Positions 9,510-17,682 of a DNA stretch of 64,000 nucleotides are shown in pieces (within the stretch, counting starts at the first letter, position 1; each line of letters starts with the position of its first letter). The notes below the pieces were generated by a model that was given only the letters and a program-made list of their open reading frames with translations, made no database searches and had not been told where the DNA came from. A program made the position numbers and the translations under genes. Source of the stretch: Oscillospiraceae bacterium (GTDB taxonomy: Bacteria; Bacillota; Clostridia; Oscillospirales; CAG-272); NCBI GenBank assembly GCA_015064965.1, contig SVRG01000002.1:7983-71982 (forward strand). Direction: 5' to 3'.

Positions 9510-10496
9510 TTAGTCTTTTCTTTGATAGAATACAAATGCTGACATGATACCTGCAACTGCTGCAAGGATGAGGATAACTACGAGGAAGTACATCCACGCC
9601 ATTGCAGAGCTGAGTTCGCGTCCGCCGGGACGGCCGTAAACTTCATCAATAAGTACCATTACTGCATTGGATTCAGAAGTAAATGCGTCAATAATCGTAT
9701 AGATTGCGTTAACCAAAATCATAGGAGAAATCATCGGGAAAGTAATCTTCCAGAAGGTTTCCCATGTGGTTGCACCATCCATGCGGCATGACTCATAAAT
9801 TGCGGGAGAAATGGACTGGAGACCTGCAAGGAAGATAAGAATCTGTACGCCGGAACGGTTTACGATATCGGAGATGCCGTCAACCGCGCTTGCAACATAT
9901 TCTACAAGTCCTGTACCAACCTTCATGTTGGCAAACAATGCCTCAAGGTCGATAGCCGCAGAAAGCTGCGCCGCAGTGCTCTGTCCTGTACCGGTATCAA
10001 TACTGTCGGATGTATCCATAAACTCCATAAGGTTATTGGATGCATCAATTGCCTCAATAAGACCGGTTGAAAGAATAACGGGAACGAAGAGGATTGCACG
10101 GAACGCTGCGCGTCCGGCAATCTTATCGTTAAGAAGTACTGCAATAAAGAGCGAGAATACTACGATTGCAGGCACTTCCAAAATGAGCTGTTCGATACCC
10201 GAAATAAGGGTTCTAACATAATCAGCATCCTCAAAGAGAGCCTTTTGATAGTTCTCAAAACCGACAAACTCAAGCGCATAACCGCCGCTGCCGCCGAGAG
10301 GATTAATGATTGTAGAGATTTCATTGAAGCTGAACTTGATCGAGTCAACAATGATGGGCAAATAAATCAGAATAAATCCGATTACGAAAGGTGCTACAAA
10401 CACCCAACCCGCTTTAGCCTTGCGCTTTTCAAGCGATGCGGGGCGCTTTTTCTTAGGAGCAGGAGAAGAGACAATTTTTGTGTTAGTATTTTCCAT
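9510..10496 (-). CDS. carbohydrate ABC transporter permease (MalF-like), second pair
   Basis: 328 aa. EAA loop YESCRMDGATTWETFWKITFPM. Long extracytoplasmic loop between TM helices. Confidence 0.85.
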   Translation of the reverse strand: MENTNTKIVSSPAPKKKRPASLEKRKAKAGWVFVAPFVIGFILIYLPIIVDSIKFSFNEISTIINPLGGSGGYALEFVGFENYQKALFEDADYVRTLISGIEQLILEVPAIVVFSLFIAVLLNDKIAGRAAFRAILFVPVILSTGLIEAIDASNNLMEFMDTSDSIDTGTGQSTAAQLSAAIDLEALFANMKVGTGLVEYVASAVDGISDIVNRSGVQILIFLAGLQSISPAIYESCRMDGATTWETFWKITFPMISPMILVNAIYTIIDAFTSESNAVMVLIDEVYGRPGGRELSSAMAWMYFLVVILILAAVAGIMSAFVFYQRKD

Positions 10497-10509
10497 CTTT
10501 CTTCCCTCC

Positions 10510-13500
10510 TTACTTAATTACCACATAGCCGTAGCCGTCAACAGTGTACTCTGTGCCGTCTACTGTAGTGGTTATTGCAAAATCGTTGTAGTTGAGGATG
10601 AAGGAAGTGCCGCCCTCATAAGTAACAAGTACGATCTGATTGTTATCGGATGTGTACTTGGTGTACTCATACTCATCGGTTTCTTCTTCTACCTCGGTTT
10701 CGGGTGCTTCGTAGCCCGAAATGTCAATGGGCTGACCTGCGCCAATCAAACCTGCTTCATACTGTTCGCGAAGCTCGGCAATTGTTGCCTTTCTTGCTTC
10801 TTCATCAGCCAAAGCTGCATCTGCCAAAGCCTTTTCCTCGGCTGCTGCAGCATCATCCTCTGCTTCTGCCAAAGAAGGAACTCTTTCGCCAATAAGGAAC
10901 TCGTGGCCTACGATCATAGAAGTCTGAAGATCAGCAAGTACGCCATTGAGGTTGTTATAATAGTCAGCAAGCTCGGAACCTTCTACCTTGCCTTCATCGT
11001 CCTTAGCCCAGATCTCATATCTTACCGAATAATACTTACTGAGGTCATAGTCCTCTTTAAGGAGTTCGGTATTGTCATAGGAAAGAATGAAGTAAAGACC
11101 TGCGCCGTTTTCAATTGCACGGAGAAGTTCGTAGTCTGCATCGCCCGCCATGTTAATAGGTGTGCCTGCAAACTCAACAGAGCCGTGGAGTACAACACCC
11201 ATGAAAGGTACGGATGCGCTTGCATAGAGTGAACGGCTACTCTGGAGCGATACGTTGAGCAATTTGTCAACATACTGCCAGGTGTAAACGTTACCCTTTT
11301 CTGTCATGATGCTGCCTAAATCTGCACTTGCCTTTTCAAGGAACTCAACAGTAAGGTTCTTGGCATCGTTACGGTTATACGGTTCGTCCTCATCAAAGTC
11401 AGAGTTGAGCGTACTACCAATAGTGGAAATAGAAATGTTGTCGTTGCCGTAGGTAAGGTATCTCGGAGCAAAATTCTCATAGAATGTCTGGTAAGCCGAA
11501 GGAGATACACAGAGTGTGAAGTAAGAAACAAACTCCTGAAGAGATGCGTCATACTCACGGTGGCTTGAATAACGGTTGTCAATAGTCTTCAGAACGTCTC
11601 TGTCGAACTTGAGGCCGTCAAAGTTCTTGTGGTAGTTTACATATGAGAAGTCGAAGTCGGGATAAACACCGAAGCCCTTCTCTGCAGCGTATGCGAGAAG
11701 TGCGCTGTAACCGTCAGCACCGCCGACAGCCTTTTCCCACTTAAGCTTATACGGAACGGTGGAATTCATACCGCCGTTTGCATAACCGGTGAGCTTAAAG
11801 TTTACATTGGTGATGCCAGCTGCTGCAAGCTCATCATACATGGTCTGAATATTTTCAAAAGATGTAATCGACTTACTTACAGTTGTAGGTACAGAAAGTA
11901 CCTTTTCAACAGTCTTGGTTGCACCGAAGGTTTCGATATAGAGCGGAATATTATCCTTTACATCGTCCTTTGTAAGGGGAGTAAGAACGCCATTTTCAGT
12001 GAGGTAATCGCGGTATGCAACCGCCATACCCATCCAAGTGGTTTCGTAGTAATCCTCTACATTGTTCTCTTTTGCCATTTCATCGTCGAGAAGCATGTAG
12101 TACTTGAGTGTGTAGTTGCCTACATACTTACGGTCGGATACTACTTCGATCTTGCTTGTGCCGCCTACAGAGAGGGAGTCAAGCGAATATGAGTCCTTGG
12201 GTCTTGGATTAAAGGAAATCTGTACTGCATTGTACTGGTGGAGCTGGTTTTCATGCTTTGCAGTAATCTTGGAAAGTGCGTCACCCTCCTTAATAATTGC
12301 AAAGAAACCGCGGTTTTCAGTATAGCTGTCAACCTGCTTCTTAACTTCCTTCTGCTTTTCGACAAGTTCGGTTACAGGCTCGCCGTTTTCATCAACAACT
12401 TCGTTGCCGGCTTCGTCCTTAACAGCAACTTCATCAAGATAGGTTTCGGTTACCATTTCATAAACGCCGCGTTCAACGGTCTCGCGGAGACCGAATACAG
12501 GCATACGCATTACGTCCTGGTTTGCAGAACCTTCAAGTGTCTGATAAGCGAAGTCCATACCGTATACGGTACCTGCAATTGATGTGTTCTTGTTCTGGAA
12601 ATCAGCAAAATCCATCAATGCGCCGCTACCGTCGGGAACGAAGGTGTAACCGTCATTGTTGTAGTTACCTGCGCCCATGAAAGGAAGCATGGTAATACTC
12701 TCAAGTTTATAGAGAGTTTCGTCAAAACGGATACCGTTTGCAGGGAGAGTTGCCTCAAGACCGTCTTCGGTAAGAGTGTACTCAATTGCAAGACGGAATA
12801 CAGGTGTGCTGAGTGTCTGGTCTACATACTGTGTGAGAGTATGGTCGTATTCCATTTCATCATACGAGTAGTCGGGAGCATACTCCTTGATGTAGCCTTC
12901 AAGAACTCTGAACTCACGTGTAACGGTGTCGGTAAGTGCATAAACTGCCATGCCTGTTTTGGTTACAGGATAGAGGCTATGCATTCTCTTGATAACCGCT
13001 TCACTCTTTGTGGTATCGTTAGGGTCCTGGAGCGCATAGAATGCGGAAAGCTGCTTGTGAGCGAAGTTTGAATAAGGATCTTCCAAATCAAACTTGCTTA
13101 AAATCTGGGTTTCAAGTCTGCTCTTTTCGATAAGGCGAGGAACGAGATAGTTTGAGTCTGCACGGCCGATGGTGTACTCTACGCGCACACCGTTCTTGAT
13201 GGGCTCAATAACTACCTGATTGTTCTTAACCGCGTCGGTGTAAGAGTTGTACTCTTTTGCAACACCGTTATCAATGTAGCTGATGATGATCTGGGAAAGA
13301 AGCTTCTGCTTAGTGGAATCTGTACCCTTGGACTTTGCAAGGTCAAAGGGGTTAGAGAAGAGGGTCTGACCTGTTGCTTCGTGTACTACTGCGATCTCAG
13401 CAGTTACAGGATGCACATAAAGCTTATAGCCATGCATCTGAAGCATGAGGTTCATTGTTTCGATCTTCTCTTCGGGAGTATCGTATACAGTTTTAATGTA

Positions 13501-13602
13501 TACGTCCTCCTCTGCCTCTGCAGCAAGCACAGCAGTGCTCATGCAGAAAAGCGAGGTCGCACAAAGAAGGAGTGCGAATATAAACGATATTATCTTTTTC
13601 AT
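10510..13602 (-). CDS. secreted 1030-aa protein of unknown function (DUF5696-like by recollection; possible glycan-processing or glycan-binding)
   Basis: Signal peptide MKKIISFIFALLLCATSLFCMSTAVLAAEA with no lipobox. Large globular body. Ala/Glu-rich coiled segment near the C-terminus (AEAEDDAAAAEEKALADAALADEEARK), then a small beta-rich tail. Embedded in the ABC operon. Confidence 0.5.
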   Translation of the reverse strand: MKKIISFIFALLLCATSLFCMSTAVLAAEAEEDVYIKTVYDTPEEKIETMNLMLQMHGYKLYVHPVTAEIAVVHEATGQTLFSNPFDLAKSKGTDSTKQKLLSQIIISYIDNGVAKEYNSYTDAVKNNQVVIEPIKNGVRVEYTIGRADSNYLVPRLIEKSRLETQILSKFDLEDPYSNFAHKQLSAFYALQDPNDTTKSEAVIKRMHSLYPVTKTGMAVYALTDTVTREFRVLEGYIKEYAPDYSYDEMEYDHTLTQYVDQTLSTPVFRLAIEYTLTEDGLEATLPANGIRFDETLYKLESITMLPFMGAGNYNNDGYTFVPDGSGALMDFADFQNKNTSIAGTVYGMDFAYQTLEGSANQDVMRMPVFGLRETVERGVYEMVTETYLDEVAVKDEAGNEVVDENGEPVTELVEKQKEVKKQVDSYTENRGFFAIIKEGDALSKITAKHENQLHQYNAVQISFNPRPKDSYSLDSLSVGGTSKIEVVSDRKYVGNYTLKYYMLLDDEMAKENNVEDYYETTWMGMAVAYRDYLTENGVLTPLTKDDVKDNIPLYIETFGATKTVEKVLSVPTTVSKSITSFENIQTMYDELAAAGITNVNFKLTGYANGGMNSTVPYKLKWEKAVGGADGYSALLAYAAEKGFGVYPDFDFSYVNYHKNFDGLKFDRDVLKTIDNRYSSHREYDASLQEFVSYFTLCVSPSAYQTFYENFAPRYLTYGNDNISISTIGSTLNSDFDEDEPYNRNDAKNLTVEFLEKASADLGSIMTEKGNVYTWQYVDKLLNVSLQSSRSLYASASVPFMGVVLHGSVEFAGTPINMAGDADYELLRAIENGAGLYFILSYDNTELLKEDYDLSKYYSVRYEIWAKDDEGKVEGSELADYYNNLNGVLADLQTSMIVGHEFLIGERVPSLAEAEDDAAAAEEKALADAALADEEARKATIAELREQYEAGLIGAGQPIDISGYEAPETEVEEETDEYEYTKYTSDNNQIVLVTYEGGTSFILNYNDFAITTTVDGTEYTVDGYGYVVIK

Positions 13603-13624
13603 TTTATTAATCTACACTCCTTTC

Positions 13625-15796
13625 TTACATTCTGTATTGTAACTCAACTACGATATTGGTTACAAAGGAAACCATGTTGCTGATAAGGCTGGTGAAGAGA
13701 ATGCCGATAAACATTACAATCGCCATGCCGAGAATTGTTGCAACAGTCATAATGATGTTCTTGCCCATGGTGTAGTCATGTGTGGTCTGTGCACCGAAGA
13801 AGATAAGGATGAATGTCCAGATGTAACCGATGGATACAAGGAGATTGATAATACCGGTTTCTTCTGCAAGAACGATGTTGGAGAAGAGAGTTGCGGGAAC
13901 GAGGGTAAGGATAAGCGGGAAAAGTGCATAGCAAGTTGCAACATACACATCCTTAAGGCTGCCTTCACCCTCAAAGAGAGTGGTAAGACACCAGTTTGCA
14001 ACTACCCAAAGCGCAAGAGGAAGAAGAACCGAGCCAGCCTGCGCGAAAATGGTTGAATACTCATTGGTGGGGTTAACAATGTAGCCACGGCCAATGGAGT
14101 TGTAGTAGAATGCAACAATGGTAAGCGCCAAAATGGTTGTCGCTGCACGAACCGAGCCGCGTTTTTCATGCTTCAAATCCCAGAAGCCGTCAAACGGGTG
14201 GAAGATGAGGTGGAAAGAATAGAGAAGCTCTTCCCAATATGTCTTTCTGCCAACCTTAAGTGCAGTTTCCTTGTTCTTCTTGGTATAGTACTTGGAGAAT
14301 GCACCCCAAAGAAGAACAAATGCAATTACAGCGATGGGAAGAACGATAAAGTAATCCTCGATCCACTGCTTACGTACTTCCTTAAATGCGTTGGAATAGT
14401 TTGCGGTATCGTATGCCGCCTTGTAATACTCCATAGCTTCCTCGTACTCGCCGGCATTGTAGTGTGAACGTCCAATACCGATGTACGCAAGGTCAAAGTT
14501 GGAGTTTCTCATGAGTACGTCTTCCCACTGTTCGATAGCTTCGTCAAACTTACGGTCATTCTCAAGTGCGAGAGCTCCAATAAGTCTGTCACCGTACTCG
14601 GTGCGCTTATAAACAGTAAAGAGGTTATCGCTCTTGTCAAGAAGAAGCATGTAATACTCATATACCGGAACTTCAACAGTTTCGTTACCGATCATAATAG
14701 TTTCGGTCTCGTCGGTAACAACCTTCTGATAAGTAATCGCCTCAACGCTTGTAAGGTTACCGAGCTGTCCGCCCTTGTCACCGAAAACAAAGAGGAGGTT
14801 ACCGTTGTCGTCATAAGTATAAATCTTCTGTCGCTTTTCGTCGATGATTGACCATGTGTGCTCGGGACCTACTGCAACGTCAATGATTCTCGAAAGGTTT
14901 TCACGGGTAACATTAACTTCGCCTGAGGGAGAGAAATAGCCGAGACGCTTCATGATTTCGTCGCCCGCAGCGTTAAGCTTTCTTACAGGAGAATACTTAT
15001 CGGACTTGGAGCGAAGCTGTGCATACTGATTTGCAGCAGCGATGTTATCGGATGTTACATAGATAAATCCGTCATCGTCAACTGTGATATTGTTATATTC
15101 AGTAGGAATATTCTGTGCAGAATTCTTCTTCTGCTCTTCTGTCTGGAATGCTCTCCAGATGATGTCCCATGCATCGTAGGTAACTGCCTGTGCACCGATA
15201 AATCCGGTGAACATACCGTCACTTGTAAGTACGATAACACCCTGGTAGTTAGTAGCAGAAATCACGAAAAGTCTGTCATACTGGTCAACTGCAACAGCTA
15301 CAGGCTTGTAAATAGAAGATTCGCCAAACAAAGCACTTGTAGGTCTGCCAAGAATTCTTACGAAATTACCTTCGCGGTCGAAAAGCACAAGGCGGTTTGC
15401 GTCAGTATCGCAAACATAGATGTACTTATCGTTTACAAAAACACCCTGGGGATTGGTAAATCCGTCCGGAACGCCGTGACCGTTAATAAAGTCAGAAATG
15501 ATAAACTTAACCGAATAGTTCTGATCAAGAACTACCACGCGGTTGTTGCCCATGTCAACGATGTATACATTACCGTCATTGTCAACGCAGATATCGCGGG
15601 GGTCTTTGAGCGCAAGCTCAAGTCCCATATACGCAGAATCTACATTGGTTACGGGAGAGTATACTGTGGGCGACTGGCGGGGAGTGCCGTCTTTTGCGTA
15701 GGTGTAAGTAGTATACGGCTCGATAGCGCCTGCAAGAGGGGTAAGCGCCATAACAAGAGCCAATATGAGAAGGAGTATTCTTGTCAAATTTTTCAT
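13625..15796 (-). CDS. NHL-repeat beta-propeller / TPR / Yip1-domain membrane protein
   Basis: 723 aa with signal peptide. Repeated NHL-type blades (DGNVYIVDMGNNRVVVLD, YIYVCDTDANRLVLFD, DRLFVISATNYQGVIVL, GFIYVTSDN...). TPR-like AYIGIGRSHYNAGEYEEAMEYYKAA. C-terminal approx 5-TM Yip1-like domain. Confidence 0.65.
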   Translation of the reverse strand: MKNLTRILLLILALVMALTPLAGAIEPYTTYTYAKDGTPRQSPTVYSPVTNVDSAYMGLELALKDPRDICVDNDGNVYIVDMGNNRVVVLDQNYSVKFIISDFINGHGVPDGFTNPQGVFVNDKYIYVCDTDANRLVLFDREGNFVRILGRPTSALFGESSIYKPVAVAVDQYDRLFVISATNYQGVIVLTSDGMFTGFIGAQAVTYDAWDIIWRAFQTEEQKKNSAQNIPTEYNNITVDDDGFIYVTSDNIAAANQYAQLRSKSDKYSPVRKLNAAGDEIMKRLGYFSPSGEVNVTRENLSRIIDVAVGPEHTWSIIDEKRQKIYTYDDNGNLLFVFGDKGGQLGNLTSVEAITYQKVVTDETETIMIGNETVEVPVYEYYMLLLDKSDNLFTVYKRTEYGDRLIGALALENDRKFDEAIEQWEDVLMRNSNFDLAYIGIGRSHYNAGEYEEAMEYYKAAYDTANYSNAFKEVRKQWIEDYFIVLPIAVIAFVLLWGAFSKYYTKKNKETALKVGRKTYWEELLYSFHLIFHPFDGFWDLKHEKRGSVRAATTILALTIVAFYYNSIGRGYIVNPTNEYSTIFAQAGSVLLPLALWVVANWCLTTLFEGEGSLKDVYVATCYALFPLILTLVPATLFSNIVLAEETGIINLLVSIGYIWTFILIFFGAQTTHDYTMGKNIIMTVATILGMAIVMFIGILFTSLISNMVSFVTNIVVELQYRM

Positions 15797-15808
15797 AATA
15801 TCTCCTCC

Positions 15809-16681
15809 TTAATCCTTCATACCACTCGAGCCCATGGTCTCGATGACATTACTCTGGCAAATTACAAATACAGTGATAGGAACTATCATCATAACTACGG
15901 TTGCAGCAGCACCAACGCCCGCACGAGCGATACCGCCGGTTACGATCTGGTTGATTGCGTAGTTGAATGACTTGAGCTGCTCGGAATAAATATAAATCGA
16001 GCTGCCGGAGTTCCAAAGTCCCTTAAAGGACTCAATCATAAGGGTAAGCCATGCAGGCTTAACCATGGGCATTGCGATAACCCAGAAGGTTTTGAATTCG
16101 CTTGCGCCGTCAAGTCTTGCACTCTCAAGAACTTCATTGGATACACCGGTTTCCATAAACTGCTTCATGAGGTAAAGACCCATGGAGGTACAGAACGCGG
16201 GAATAATGATTGAGAAGTATGTATCAAGCCACTGGAGTGTACTCATGGTAAGGAAGTTTGCAATAGCAGTAACAGTCTGGTGGAACATAAGGGATGTTAC
16301 AACCAACTTGAAGAAGAACTTTCTTCCGGGGAACTTGAGCTTTGCAAGTGAGTACGCTGCCATTGAAGAGAGCAAGAGGTTACCGAAAGTACCGGAAACC
16401 GAAATAAATACGGTGTTGAAAATGTATCTTGAGAAAGGTACATAGTTTTCACTCATAAGGGTGAAGAGGTCTCCGAAGTTTGAAAGCGTAGGGCTTTCAA
16501 CATAGAATCTCGGAGGGAACATCCAAAGCTCGTCAAGCGGCTTCAGCGACTGTGCAATAACATAGTACATAGGAAGGAACATGAACGCTCCCATAAGTAC
16601 AAGGAAAAGATTAATGCCGAAGTCTCCGCCTGCGCTACGGCTGAGGACAACTTTATGTTTACGAGTTCTTAATTTAGCCAT
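15809..16681 (-). CDS. carbohydrate ABC transporter permease (MalG-like), first pair
   Basis: 290 aa. EAA loop LESARLDGASEFKTFWVIAMPM. Confidence 0.85.
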   Translation of the reverse strand: MAKLRTRKHKVVLSRSAGGDFGINLFLVLMGAFMFLPMYYVIAQSLKPLDELWMFPPRFYVESPTLSNFGDLFTLMSENYVPFSRYIFNTVFISVSGTFGNLLLSSMAAYSLAKLKFPGRKFFFKLVVTSLMFHQTVTAIANFLTMSTLQWLDTYFSIIIPAFCTSMGLYLMKQFMETGVSNEVLESARLDGASEFKTFWVIAMPMVKPAWLTLMIESFKGLWNSGSSIYIYSEQLKSFNYAINQIVTGGIARAGVGAAATVVMMIVPITVFVICQSNVIETMGSSGMKD

Positions 16682-16682
16682 A

Positions 16683-17630
16683 TTACTGTCCTATCTTCGA
16701 TAATCCTTTCTTTATTAATGTGTTTGCGGTAATCATTACAACGAAGAGTATAACCGCGATTGCGGATGCATAACCCATCTCATAACGCTGATGTCCGTAG
16801 TCATCAAGGTGATGCATGATAGTGTGCGCCGCATAGTCAACCGAGGGGAAGCCGCAGAGTGCGGTAACGATTGCGCCGAAACCGAAAGACTGGGTAATGG
16901 AAAGCACCGCACCGAACATAAGCTGAGGACGCATGTAAGGAAGGGTGATAAACCAGAACTCCTGCCAACGGTTCTTTACTCCGTCAACCGCGCCCGCTTC
17001 ATAGAGATGACGCGGAACGTTCTGAAGACCTGCGATAAATGAAAGGAACGCGGTACCGAGAGATGTCCAAAGAGCAACTACGATACAAAGTCCCATTACA
17101 TAATCCGCATCCTGGAACCAGAGAACTGCGTCGTCTATAAGACCGAGGTTGAGAAGTGTACCGTTTACCCAACCGTAAGAGTCAGAGCTGAAGAGTGTCT
17201 GCCATACGAGGTAAACCGAACCGGAAATGGAAGGTGCGTAGAAGATAAGTGTTACTACCGCACGAAGTTTAGGACCGAGTTCGTTAATAAACCAAGCGAT
17301 GAGCAACGCAAGGATATAGGAAACAGGGCCGGTGATAGCAGCAAAGATAAGAGTGTTCTGTGCTGCAAGAATAAATACATCGTCATCAAGGAAAAGTCTG
17401 ATGTAGTTATCAAGTCCGAGGAAATTCGGAATTTCCAAAAGGTTAAAGTCAGTAAAGCTGAGAGCAATCGACAAAAAGACAGGCCAAACAGTGAAGATGA
17501 AGAAGAGAAGCATGAACGGTGCGAGCATAATGTATGCTGTCGTGTTCTTCTTCATTTCTTTCCAGGTCCACTGCAACTTACTCATGTCTTTTTTCGAAGC
17601 AGGCTTTGCTTTTGCCGCAGTTTTTGACAT
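16683..17630 (-). CDS. carbohydrate ABC transporter permease (MalF-like), first pair
   Basis: 315 aa. EAA loop YEAGAVDGVKNRWQEFWFITLP. Confidence 0.85.
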   Translation of the reverse strand: MSKTAAKAKPASKKDMSKLQWTWKEMKKNTTAYIMLAPFMLLFFIFTVWPVFLSIALSFTDFNLLEIPNFLGLDNYIRLFLDDDVFILAAQNTLIFAAITGPVSYILALLIAWFINELGPKLRAVVTLIFYAPSISGSVYLVWQTLFSSDSYGWVNGTLLNLGLIDDAVLWFQDADYVMGLCIVVALWTSLGTAFLSFIAGLQNVPRHLYEAGAVDGVKNRWQEFWFITLPYMRPQLMFGAVLSITQSFGFGAIVTALCGFPSVDYAAHTIMHHLDDYGHQRYEMGYASAIAVILFVVMITANTLIKKGLSKIGQ

Positions 17631-17682
17631 GATTTTCTCTCCTTTAATTATATATTAGGTAAATCTGCAAGCCTACGCTCAC

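Noticed and set aside
10420-11232. 270-aa plus-strand ORF, plus several 60-160-aa ORFs inside 8442-20673
   Set aside because: All are antisense or out of frame to long minus-strand genes that have signal peptides, EAA loops and RBSs. They have low-complexity, Cys-rich translations.
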